A stretch of 64,000 bases of DNA from Candidatus Poribacteria bacterium (lineage in GTDB: Bacteria > Poribacteria > WGA-4E > WGA-3G): the NCBI GenBank assembly GCA_965205015.1, contig OZ242029.1:3264001-3328000 (forward strand), read 5' to 3'. Positions 1 to 9,808 of this stretch are shown piece by piece. The notes under the pieces were generated by a model that saw only the letters and a list, made by a program, of their open reading frames with translations, did no database searches and was not told the origin of the DNA. How positions within the stretch are numbered: the stretch's first letter is position 1; the number at the start of each line of letters is the position of its first letter. Made by a program: the position numbers and the translations under genes.

Positions 1-2
1 CT

Positions 3-257
3 ATCGCAACGCATCGAGCCAGTGTAACAGTGAAGCATCGGAGTGCAGAGGGAGAGTGTCTCGCAAATGCTGATGCCATGTCTCATATTGAACATGTGCC
101 TTCACTTTTATACTTGGTATACATTCATCATGGAATGGGGATCGATGAAGGTAGACTATGGGTCAAAGCCAAACTACAGCGGAGTTGGCAGAAACTACGG
201 GCAGATGTCCAAGAATTAGTTAAAGACACATACGAAGCCGCTTTGAAAATACTTTGA
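3..257 (+). CDS. C-terminal part of probable HD-domain phosphohydrolase (5' end outside window)
   Basis: Frame open from window start: IATHRASV...SAEGECLANADAMSH, resembling the late H...E...xAD motifs of HD domains. Confidence 0.55.
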   Translation: MATHRASVTVKHRSAEGECLANADAMSHIEHVPSLLYLVYIHHGMGIDEGRLWVKAKLQRSWQKLRADVQELVKDTYEAALKIL

Positions 258-281
258 CTATAAAGTTCATATAACCTGCTC

Positions 282-518
282 ATGTCTTTCATAAACTCTA
301 TAACCATTAACAAAGTTCACTGGTTCCTGGACCTCTTTAACGAACTCGGCATCACAGTTTGGATTGATGGCGGCTGGGGCGTTGATGCGCTATTGGGTGA
401 ATGTACCCGGGAACATCAGGATTTGGATATTATGATTTCATGGGAGGATTCAGCAATACTCGGGGTTAAGTTGCTCGATGGTCAGAGTAAGGATCAAGAT
501 AAACATATAGGAGGTTAG
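282..518 (+). pseudogene. Truncated aminoglycoside/lincosamide nucleotidyltransferase-family gene (ANT(2'')/Lnu-like N-terminus only)
   Basis: WIDGGWGVDALLG..TREHQDLDI signature; family-like sequence stops after about 58 aa and the ORF ends at 78 aa. Confidence 0.7.
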
Positions 519-521
519 CAC

Positions 522-1694
522 ATGAAAAATTTACCACAATTTCCGGTGACTGTCGTCGGGAGTTTGCCCCGTGCACGGGCAGTTTCACGGGCATTGCGAA
601 ATAGACAGAGAGGGCGGATTGCAGATGATGACTTTAATGCCATCGCAGATGAAGCGGTGCTTGAAAGTGTCGAATTGCAGGAAACAATAGGGATCGATAT
701 CATCACTGATGGTGAACAACGCCGCGACAATTTCTATTCCTTCATCACTGAATGTATTGACGGTATCCGGTTGATGACACTCGCCGAGATGCTGGATTAT
801 GTCGAAGACAAAGCGGCATTTGAACAACTCCTCAATGCCTTGGATGTCCCCGCCTTCGCATTGAAAAATCCAGTCGTTAATGGAAAATTAGAGCGGACTT
901 CTCCACTTGTGTTGAATGACTATCTATTTCTCAAAGAGCATACGACAAAACCCATTAAAGCCACACTTCCCGGTCCTTATCTTTTAACCCGTTCCATGTG
1001 GGTGAAGCGACTCTCTTACGAATTTTACCCCGATAAAGAATCTCTGGGAGACGACGTTGTTCGGATTCTCCGTGAAGAACTACAGGAGTTACAAGAGACA
1101 GGGTGTCAATTTGTTCAATTTGATGAGCCAGTATTGACCGAGGTTGCTTTCACGGGACCGCATGAAACCCACACTTTTATGTGTGCGGCACTTTCCGAAA
1201 AGAGCAGCCCTGAAGAGGAGCTTAATTTCGCCGTGGAACTGATGAATCGTGTCGTTGAAGGCGTAAACGATGAGATGAAAACGGCACTCCATGTCTGCCG
1301 TGGGAACTGGAGCCAGCAGGAGGATGTGCTGCTTCGGGGTTCTTACGATCTATTGATTCCCTATTTTAGCCGCATGAACGTCAATCAATTTGTGTTGGAG
1401 TATGCAACGGAACGGGCAGGTAGCATTGATGTCCTCAAAGAACTCCCACTCGACAAAGAGATAGGACTCGGGGTTGTCGATCCGCGAACCACGGAGGTCG
1501 AATCCGTCGATTTCGTATTGGCGAAAGTTCATGCCCTCTTAAGACATAGGAGGCCCGAACAGATTTATCTGAATCCGGATTGTGGGTTCGGCACATTCGC
1601 TGATCGACCCGTAAATACCACAGAGATCGCTGCGCAAAAACTAAATGTCATTCGTAAAGCGGCCGAGATATTGCGTTCAGATTTTTTATCTTAG
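522..1694 (+). CDS. Cobalamin-independent methionine synthase II family protein (single-barrel MetE-like)
   Basis: VVGSLPR, DIITDGEQRR, QFDEP, Zn ligands LHVCRGN, LEYA and NPDCGF; RBS GGAGG upstream. Confidence 0.9.
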   Translation: MKNLPQFPVTVVGSLPRARAVSRALRNRQRGRIADDDFNAIADEAVLESVELQETIGIDIITDGEQRRDNFYSFITECIDGIRLMTLAEMLDYVEDKAAFEQLLNALDVPAFALKNPVVNGKLERTSPLVLNDYLFLKEHTTKPIKATLPGPYLLTRSMWVKRLSYEFYPDKESLGDDVVRILREELQELQETGCQFVQFDEPVLTEVAFTGPHETHTFMCAALSEKSSPEEELNFAVELMNRVVEGVNDEMKTALHVCRGNWSQQEDVLLRGSYDLLIPYFSRMNVNQFVLEYATERAGSIDVLKELPLDKEIGLGVVDPRTTEVESVDFVLAKVHALLRHRRPEQIYLNPDCGFGTFADRPVNTTEIAAQKLNVIRKAAEILRSDFLS

Positions 1695-1698
1695 GAAA

Positions 1699-1723
1699 AG
1701 GCGCGCTTTCAAAGCGCGCCTAC
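1699..1723. repeat. REP-like palindrome / probable bidirectional terminator between convergent genes
   Basis: AGGCGCGCTTT-C-AAAGCGCGCCT followed by AC (CTAC end). Confidence 0.6.
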
Positions 1724-1735
1724 AATCTAAGGGAA

Positions 1736-2605
1736 TCAATTGGCACGGTCGAGCCAGCCAGGCGGTTTGATGCTTTCAGAGAGCTGCCACGCAGTCAAGT
1801 AGAGTGAAGCCGTCCAACGCACTGCTTCACGTGATCGAGCATTTGTAAAATCAACCACTGCAGGTGTCGGATCTTTCAGATTTTGCCAGTCTCCGACAAG
1901 TTCGTAAACCCTGCCTACGAAACTGAATTCCGCCTTAACCTGCTTTACGATTGCTGGCATTAAGTCGCCAACGGCTTCAATCTGTTGTGCTTTCGCGAGT
2001 GCTGTCGGATCCAGTTTCAACATTTCAATGGCTGAATCGACTTTTTCATGGATACCGGCGTGTAAGCGCGTTCCGTCCTCCTGAACAATACCATCGAAAT
2101 GGATTGTCAGGTGCAGCGGTTGACACATATCCTGTGCATAGTGAGATAAGAATCCCGCATAAACAAAGCATTTGTACTGAATCATCGGATTGTCGGGCCA
2201 CTTACGGTACTCTGCGAAAGCGAAAGCGAGTCTTTCTGTCCATTCTGCCACCGCATAGGGAAGTGTACCAACTTTCCGTGGCGTCAGTCCCAACTCAGTA
2301 CACAACTGAATGTGTGCGTCGCGTCCCTCTGGAATCGGGTGATCTTTTAGCAATTCTACATCAATGTAATGTTCACTGTATTCAGCCTGTCGCGCGTGTG
2401 GCATGCTACGCGCCTTGGATAGATCTGGATCGTAGGCGCAGTGAGCGATCATTTTTCCGGCGGCTCGAAAAAATTCTGGCATCTCTTCGGGAAGTGTCTT
2501 GACGGATGCCCGTGTGAGGATATCGTGTCCGCCGCCCCACCATGCCCACGCGGGTGTAGTGAGGAGTATCGAAAATAGAACGAGAATATTACAGAAACGC
2601 TTCAT
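1736..2605 (-). CDS. Secreted S1/P1 nuclease / Zn-dependent phospholipase C-like protein
   Basis: Signal peptide ending AWA then W-x-x-x-H (WGGGH), PD, HYID, SHYAQDMCQPLH and IHEKVD metal-ligand motifs. Confidence 0.75.
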   Translation of the reverse strand: MKRFCNILVLFSILLTTPAWAWWGGGHDILTRASVKTLPEEMPEFFRAAGKMIAHCAYDPDLSKARSMPHARQAEYSEHYIDVELLKDHPIPEGRDAHIQLCTELGLTPRKVGTLPYAVAEWTERLAFAFAEYRKWPDNPMIQYKCFVYAGFLSHYAQDMCQPLHLTIHFDGIVQEDGTRLHAGIHEKVDSAIEMLKLDPTALAKAQQIEAVGDLMPAIVKQVKAEFSFVGRVYELVGDWQNLKDPTPAVVDFTNARSREAVRWTASLYLTAWQLSESIKPPGWLDRAN

Positions 2606-2646
2606 AATTCTCCTTTAAGGCACAATCTAACAGATTATGCTACGGG

Positions 2647-3597
2647 TTAATCTGCTGCCAGATATTCGGCAGGACTCGCTTCTTGCCATTGGAACTGGAG
2701 TTCAGCGGTTTCATGGGGCTTAAACGCTGTCGCGACTGTCTCTACGGCGGGTCCGGCGATATCAATTTTGTCAAGATCTGCGGTGCCGTATCCCAACGCA
2801 TTGGCGTAATGAAACAATCCAATCTCCAACGGTTCAAATCCCATCGCTTTGGTCGTGACTGCGTCCGCTGCAAACACATCTCCGCTCGCGACTGCGATAC
2901 CGAGGGGGACAGAATCGGTGCCGCCGGGTCCGTTGCCTTGTAACCCAACCGTGCCATCAACAATAGCGATGTCGGGCTTAAGGTGGCGTGAGAGGCGAAG
3001 CAGGTTGATATTCAACGTCTGTGCTTCGCGCGGGAGCACTCGATCTGCGTGACTGTGGTAGCCGTGCATTTTAATCCGGTCTTCCTTGTGCAAAGTGCCC
3101 ATAATCATATTCTTCATGGCAAGCGTCACAACACCGGCATCATGTGTTTTCGCGATAGCAACAGAGATAGTGCAGGGGCAGTCCAAGACTATCTTCGGCA
3201 TTCTCACGGTATCTTCATTACGTTCAGCAAGAAAGACCGTGGTTTCTACCCATTCGGTTTCTTGGTGCAAATCCACGAGCCGGATTGGGAGATCGTACTC
3301 GGCTTGGAGTGCTTCATACCCGAAAACTTGGAATGCCTCGCCAGAGAACGCTTCATTTGCGCCCTCAGCAACAATTATCTCTTTCGGCGGATGTGGTGTA
3401 CTCAGCAGAAAATCAATCGCACCCCGCATTGCATCAACGTGCGACGAGGCGAGTTGATTCGTGCTGGAGAGAAAATTCGGTTTTAGCAGTACCTGCTCAC
3501 GGACTTTCGGTGTGAGTGCCTCTCGTATAGTGTCCAACGCCTCAAAAACGTTAGAGCGTCGCCTGCCGGTTTTGGCAAGCCCAACTTGCGTACCCAT
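2647..3597 (-). CDS. DUF362 domain protein
   Basis: VLLKPNF, AEGA, KTH...VTLAMKNM.MG, DG.VGLQGNGP, D.FAADAV motifs. Confidence 0.85.
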   Translation of the reverse strand: MGTQVGLAKTGRRRSNVFEALDTIREALTPKVREQVLLKPNFLSSTNQLASSHVDAMRGAIDFLLSTPHPPKEIIVAEGANEAFSGEAFQVFGYEALQAEYDLPIRLVDLHQETEWVETTVFLAERNEDTVRMPKIVLDCPCTISVAIAKTHDAGVVTLAMKNMIMGTLHKEDRIKMHGYHSHADRVLPREAQTLNINLLRLSRHLKPDIAIVDGTVGLQGNGPGGTDSVPLGIAVASGDVFAADAVTTKAMGFEPLEIGLFHYANALGYGTADLDKIDIAGPAVETVATAFKPHETAELQFQWQEASPAEYLAAD

Positions 3598-3710
3598 CGG
3601 TTCCTCCTCATTGTTTCAGAATTTGCACAAACTCAGGGAATCATGTCTATTCCGCAACGATCGGGGTGATTCGGAAACCACACCGATCCGGGAATCACGT
3701 TCCCTCTTAC

Positions 3711-6656
3711 CTATTTTTGTATCAACATCTTGCGTGTCGCGGTAAAATCGCCTGCGGTGAGCGTGTAGAAGTAGACACCACTCGCCACAGGTTCACCCAA
3801 CGCATTTCTGCCATCCCAATACGCCGCACGGCTCCGAGACGCATAGATATCCGCAGACTGATGCCCTAACGTCAGCATCCGAACCAAACGTCCATCTGCA
3901 GCATAGATAGAAATAGACACATCCGCAGGCTCTGATAACTGATACGGGATCCACGTCTCCGGGTTGAACGGGTTCGGATAGTTCGCTAAGAGCAGCGTCT
4001 CTTTCGGGGTGAGTATCGCAAGGAGCTGCTCCAGAAACAGGAACCCACGCTGATACCGCGCACCCGTGAGACCTTCTGCCCGCGCAAGCGATAACCACTG
4101 ACGCATCTCTGTCGCAGTGAACATCTCAGCAATGCTCTCCGGATGCAGGGACGGGGCAGCCGCTGCTGCTTCTATCGCCGTAGCAATTAACACGAGATCC
4201 GCGGCATCCACCACGCCATCCTTGTTCATATCCGCTGTGTTCTCACCCGTTTGACCCAGACGCTCCGAAGCGACAGTCATATCCTCAAGACTCACCACAC
4301 CATCACCGTTCACGTCTCCTATAAGTTGTGGAGAATCTCCTACCTCTCCAGTCTCAATCCGCACGGCTAAGAAGTCGGCATTGCTGTCGGTCAGTTTCAC
4401 ATCGGATAATATCGGCAGCGCAGGCGAGGCAGTCAGCACTTCAAACGTGAAGGCCGCAAGCATCCCATCCCCTTCACTGCTCTCTTGGAGAGAGGTCCCA
4501 CCAAACGTGACCCGATTGCCATTCACCACGGGCGGCACAACGAAAGCACCTGACGGTAGATACCCGCCATCCACACTTGACACAAAACGCAGGGCTGCAC
4601 GCTCGAAAGTGAGTTCTATCTGATACCCCCTCACATCTGCACCCTCTGTGATGTTAGTGTTCACCGTCAGTTGGTCACCTATGGTGCCAGACCCTACCGA
4701 CGTAGGGGAGAGACTCACCCGCGCAACATCGCTGTTGACAGACACCTCAGGCACTGCTGTTAGACTATCTATTTCAACCGAATAAGATTGTGAGATGTAG
4801 GGTGTGACATCCCACAGCAGCGTGCTGCCGTCACCACTTCCGCTTGCGAGTGTGGTGCCATCAGGCGAAAACGATACACTTCTGACAAAACTATGCCCTA
4901 TAAGCATCTGTATCTGCTCCCCTGTCTCTACGTCCCAGAGACGGATGGTGCCTTCCCAACCCGCTGTTGCGAGTGTGGTGCCATCAGGCGAAAACGATAC
5001 GCTAGAGACCCAACCCCAATGCCCTATAAGCGTCTGTATCTGCTCCCCCGTCTCTACGTCCCAGAGACGGATGGTTTTGTCCCTACTCCCTGTTGCGAGT
5101 GTGGTGCCATCAGGCGAAAACGACACGCTGTGGACACCATCCATATGTCCTGTGAGTGTTCGTATCTGCTCCCCTGTCTCTACGTCCCAGAGACGGATGG
5201 TCTTATCCTGACTCGCTGTTGCGAGTGTGGTGCCATCAGGCGAAAACGATACGCTATAGACACCCTCCGTATGCTTGGTGAGTGTTTGTATCTGCTTCCC
5301 CGTCTCTATGTCCCATAGATGCACGGGGCCGTCCACAATTCCGCTTGCGAGGGTGCCATCCGGAGCAAACGCCAAGCTACCTGCAAAATGCGTATGCCCT
5401 GTGAGTGTTTGTATCTGCTTTCCCGTCTTTACATCCCAGAGACGGATACCAAGGTATCCGCAATTAGTCGCGCTTGCGAGGGTGCCATTATCGGGAGAAA
5501 ACGACAGGCTACTGACAAGATTTATATGCCCTGTGAGTGTTTGTATCTGCCTCCCCGTTTTTACATCCCAGAGACGGATGGTTCCGTGCCCATTCCCGCT
5601 TGCGAGTGTGGTGCCATCCGGACTAAACGATACGCTATAGACAGAACTCGTATGCCGTGTGATCGTTCGTATCTGCTTCCCCGTCTCTACATCCCATAGA
5701 CAGATGCCGCCCAAATTCCCACTGGCGAGGGTGCTACTATCGGGAGAAAACGATACACTAACGACATAACCCGTATCTCCTTCAAGCGTCCGGATGTGGT
5801 TCCCTGTCTCTGCGTCCCAGAGACGGATGGTTCCATCCTGCCCCCCGCTTGCGAGCGTCCTACCATCAGGCGAAAACGATACGCTATGGACACCATCCGT
5901 ATGCCCTTCAAGCGTGCGGATGGGATTACCTGTCGCTACGTCCCATAAATGGATGGTTCCGTCCCCATTTCCGCTTGCGAGTGTGGTGCCATCCGGACTA
6001 AATGATACGCTATCGTTCCAATTCGCACCTCCTTGGAAGGTTTGGAACTGTTCGCCCGTCACTACGTCCCATAAACGGATAGTTTTATCACGACTCTCGC
6101 TTGCGAGTGTGGTGCCATCAGGCGAAAACGATACGCTATAGACCCAACCCGTATGCCCTTGGAGCATGCGGATGGGATCGCCTGTCGCTACGTTCCATAA
6201 ACGGATGGTTCCGTCCCCATTCCCGCTTGCGAGTGTAGTGCCGTCAGGCGAAAACGACACGCTACCGACAGTACTCGTATGCCCTTAGAACGTTCGTATC
6301 TGCTTCCCCGTTTCTACGTCCCATAAACGAATAGTTCTGTCATTACTCCCACTTGCGAGTGTGGTGCCATCAGGCGAAAACGATACACTCAAGACGACCC
6401 CATGCGTATGCCCCGTGAGTAGGTCAAGTGCCTCACCAGTCTCCGCATCGTAGACCCAAATACCGATAGAACTCGCAGCCACCAGACGCGTCGCATCCGG
6501 GGAATACGCTATCTCGTATATACGCCCTTTATCAAGGCGCGCTTTGGCACCCTCGGGTAAACCCCATTGCGTGTCGTCTTGCGCGAAGGTGTTTGCTGAA
6601 AAAACGGTGAACGCATACAATAGGGTCAAAACAATAAAAAAACGTCTGTTTTTCAT
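3711..6656 (-). pseudogene. Secreted WD40 (14 repeats) - cohesin - dockerin - C-terminal Ig-like sorting-type domain protein, interrupted by one in-frame TAA at 6287-6285
   Basis: ATG 6656 with RBS and signal peptide MKNRRFFIVLTLL; ORFs 6285-6731 and 3711-6260 are in the same frame (TF*GHTSTVGSVSFSPDG); GYQIELTF cohesin-like region, GDVNGDGVV/DMNKDGVVDAADL dockerin, LLANYPNPFNPETWIPYQL...SGVYFY tail. Confidence 0.85.
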
Positions 6657-6723
6657 GAAAGTTTCCTCATCTTGTTTGTGGCAATTTGGATATCCAGAGC
6701 AGAAACCCAAGCGTTGAAAATTG

Positions 6724-7608
6724 TCAATCAAGAATGTGCCTTAGAAATCCTTCATGTTCTTCTAAGAGTGTGTTCGCGTCCGTTGGATTCAGTCCCTTCG
6801 CGAGCATTACAATCGCGAGTTTGGCGCGACCGTCTGCGCGTGTTAATGCTTCCTCAGCCACCGCGGCATTGACCCCAGTAACGGCTTGGACAATTCGGAT
6901 GCTCCGCGCAACCAGTTTCGCATTAGAAGCATTTACATCTACCATTAGGTTGTTGTAGACCTTACCCAGTTTGATCATAGAAACAGTCGTCAACATGTTC
7001 AGAACCAGTTTCGTGGCTGTTCCCGCTTTCAATCGGGTTGAGCCAGCGATGATCTCCGGTCCGACAATGGGTGTGATGAAATGTGTTACCCATCCTTTCA
7101 ATTGCGCAGGCGGTGGAACACAGCAGAGAAATATTGTTGTTGCACCAAGGGTGTGCGCCTCCTTCAAAGCCCCTATAACGTAAGGGGTCTGTCCACTGCT
7201 TGCGATTCCGACGATCACATCTTGTGATGTGAGGTGTCGCTCTCGGACAGCGAGCGCACCACTTTCGGGCTTATCCTCTTCCCTTTCCACCGAGCGACGT
7301 AAGGCAACATCTCCACCTGCGATTATGCCTTGCACCATTTCTGGGGACGTGCTAAAGGTCGGCGGACATTCAGAAGCATCCAACACGCCGAGTCTACCAC
7401 TCGTACCCGCGCCAACATAAAAGAGTCTACCACCGGCGCGAAATGCTGCAACGCATAATTCAATAGCGTGTGCAATCGCTTCGGATTCTGCTTCTACTGC
7501 CTTAATCGCTTTCCGATCTTCTTCGTGAAAAATCCGGACGATTTCTGACGTTGACTTCAGATCGATGTCAACAGAATTCGGATTTTGCCCTTCTGTTTTT
7601 TTAATTAT
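6724..7608 (-). CDS. murQ: N-acetylmuramic acid 6-phosphate etherase (no ATG/GTG/TTG start; 5' end uncertain)
   Basis: Frame continues upstream of the track start as TEGQNPNSVDID...GGRLFYVGAGTSGRLGVLDASECPPTF; also GSTRLKAGTATKLVLNMLTT and NLMVDVNASNAKL. Confidence 0.9.
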   Translation of the reverse strand: MIKKTEGQNPNSVDIDLKSTSEIVRIFHEEDRKAIKAVEAESEAIAHAIELCVAAFRAGGRLFYVGAGTSGRLGVLDASECPPTFSTSPEMVQGIIAGGDVALRRSVEREEDKPESGALAVRERHLTSQDVIVGIASSGQTPYVIGALKEAHTLGATTIFLCCVPPPAQLKGWVTHFITPIVGPEIIAGSTRLKAGTATKLVLNMLTTVSMIKLGKVYNNLMVDVNASNAKLVARSIRIVQAVTGVNAAVAEEALTRADGRAKLAIVMLAKGLNPTDANTLLEEHEGFLRHILD

Positions 7609-7734
7609 ACCTTGCGGTTCGGTGAGGCGGGTTTAGATATTGACGTGCCTTTCCGTATATCTGAAGAAACGCCCCAGCAAAAACCCCTCCATTTCATTAT
7701 GGGCTAACGTTTTAACCTGTTAAACTAAAGCCTA

Positions 7735-8661
7735 TTAACCTGACACAGGGTCCTTCTGCAAACTTGCTTGTGCTAACAACACAGCCCCGTAGGCAGGCTC
7801 ATGTTTTGGGAGTTGGATTACTGCGCCTGGTTGAATCCTTGCCAACCGGTGGCGGAGTTTATCGGCAAATATCGGTTGGTGAGTGAGATTGCCCCCACTG
7901 AGAACGATATCAAATGGCTCAGTGAATTCCAACTGTTCAATTACACTGACTGCGGCACAAACGAGTTCATCAGCCGCTGCGTCGACAATGCCTTCAGCAA
8001 CCGTGTCCGCTGTTCGGGCAGTATCGAACACCACCTTTGCCAACTGAGCAATCGTATCTCGACTCGCGGTGTGCGCCCAGCGAATCAGTTCGCTCGGTTC
8101 GTTGCGTTCAAGTCTATTGAGGATTCGATCTGTCAAGTCGGTTTGGTCGCCTCTGCCATCAGCGGCACGGGCAACGGCTTGGAGTCCTTTTATAGCAATG
8201 TCGTAACCGCTCCCTTCGTCTCCAAGGAGGTATCCCCATCCACTGGCGCGTGCTTCTCTGCCATCGGCGTTGATGCCGTAGACGATCGCACCCGTTCCGG
8301 AGATGACAATTACACCTTCCTGTTTCTCTATGCCACCAACGAGAGCGATATGTGCGTCGTGGGTCAAGACTCGATTTTGGCAGATGCCGAGTTCATCACA
8401 AATTTGTCCAATCACTTCTCGATCTGCGGGACGTCCTAAGCCAGCCATACCCAAGCAGAACCGAACAGAACCCCCTGATGGCATGCCTGATTTTTCGTAA
8501 AGTTCCGTGATGATGTCTTCCAAAACCGCCTGCGTTTTCGCCTCGCCAACGACGTGGTAGTTCGCGGGTCCTGATTCCACTTCTGCGAGGTGTTGTCCCG
8601 TTGCTGTTGCCAGAATACCAATCGTTTTCGTTCCACCGCCATCAATTCCGATGATGTACAT
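7735..8661 (-). CDS. BadF/BadG/BcrA/BcrD-type sugar kinase (N-acetylglucosamine/MurNAc kinase-like)
   Basis: MYIIGIDGGGTKT, GPANY, ISGTGA, GWGYLLGDEGSGY; lies directly upstream of murQ; start reassigned to ATG 8661. Confidence 0.85.
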   Translation of the reverse strand: MYIIGIDGGGTKTIGILATATGQHLAEVESGPANYHVVGEAKTQAVLEDIITELYEKSGMPSGGSVRFCLGMAGLGRPADREVIGQICDELGICQNRVLTHDAHIALVGGIEKQEGVIVISGTGAIVYGINADGREARASGWGYLLGDEGSGYDIAIKGLQAVARAADGRGDQTDLTDRILNRLERNEPSELIRWAHTASRDTIAQLAKVVFDTARTADTVAEGIVDAAADELVCAAVSVIEQLEFTEPFDIVLSGGNLTHQPIFADKLRHRLARIQPGAVIQLPKHEPAYGAVLLAQASLQKDPVSG

Positions 8662-8779
8662 AATACTTTGGAATAACACCTCTGTAAAAATTTGACAATT
8701 CGGCTTGCATCCTCTATAATGTAATTTACACGATTTAGAAAATAGTTGCAATAAAATTTTTATCGGTAGGTGCCTCAAA

Positions 8780-9721
8780 ATGCAAAATAAAAATTATATC
8801 GCGCTCATGATTTTATGTGGAAGCCTTGTGTGCCTCGGTTGCTCCCAAGATACGGTGCAATTTGAGTGGCGACACCTTGAAAGCGGGACGGGTGAACATC
8901 TTTACGGCATCCATTTTATAGACACGAAACGCGGCTGGGCAGTCGGTACTGGTGGCACAGTACTCTCTACAGTTGACGGTGGAGGTTCTTGGAAAGCAGC
9001 TGCGATCTCAAAGGACACGCTGACGCAGGTTAATTTCGCGACGCCAAACAATGGTTGGACCGTCAGTATTGGGCAGGTACATTATACGGGCAGTGGGGGT
9101 GCCTCGTGGAACTTGCAACACCAAGCACGCGGTATGGGGAAGACCTCGCCTGGCATCTTGGATCTACATTTCGTTAACACAACGCACGGCTGGGCGGTTG
9201 GCGGAAAAGGGACGGTGCTTAAAACAGAGAATGGCGGCGGTCGTTGGGAAAGCCAAAGAGATCTGTCAGATAAGCATTTATGGGGTGTGTATTTTGTTGA
9301 TCCAGCACACGGATGGATTGTAGGGGAAGAGGGTGAGATTCTCCATACCCAAGATGGTGGAAATCGGTGGGTTCAACAGCGAAGTAACGTCGAGCAGCCT
9401 TTATTCTCTGTCCATTTTGCAAATTTGACGCACGGATGGATTGTAGGGACAAATGGCTTGATTCTCCATACCCCTGATGGTGGCATGACGTGGGTACGGC
9501 AAAAAACGCCTGTAAATCAGACCTTACGAGACATCGCCTTCCGTGATGAGAAACGCGGGTGGGCAGTCGGTGAGAAAGGGCTAATCCTCCACACAATAGA
9601 TGGTGGCAACACATGGAATCGCTATCCTACACCTGCTCAGCATAACTTGCAGGATATCTATCTCCAGAAAAATGCGGGGTGGATTGTCGGCGCGAAAGGG
9701 ACTATCCTGAGAGGTCATTAG
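8780..9721 (+). CDS. YCF48/BNR-repeat beta-propeller lipoprotein
   Basis: Lipobox-like CLGC; repeated GWAVGxxGxILHTxDGGxxW units. Confidence 0.85.
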   Translation: MQNKNYIALMILCGSLVCLGCSQDTVQFEWRHLESGTGEHLYGIHFIDTKRGWAVGTGGTVLSTVDGGGSWKAAAISKDTLTQVNFATPNNGWTVSIGQVHYTGSGGASWNLQHQARGMGKTSPGILDLHFVNTTHGWAVGGKGTVLKTENGGGRWESQRDLSDKHLWGVYFVDPAHGWIVGEEGEILHTQDGGNRWVQQRSNVEQPLFSVHFANLTHGWIVGTNGLILHTPDGGMTWVRQKTPVNQTLRDIAFRDEKRGWAVGEKGLILHTIDGGNTWNRYPTPAQHNLQDIYLQKNAGWIVGAKGTILRGH

Positions 9722-9808
9722 GATTTGAATTCTATAATTAAGGGGATGTGTAGAGCCAAATCTCCGTGATTCAGCCCTACTTGTCCGGTGAATTTCCAAT
9801 TGTGGGTT

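Noticed and set aside
6285-6287. Stop-codon recoding (Sec/Pyl or alternative genetic code) in the WD40 gene
   Set aside because: The codon is TAA at a Gln/Glu/Thr position, and TAA terminates many other genes in this window.
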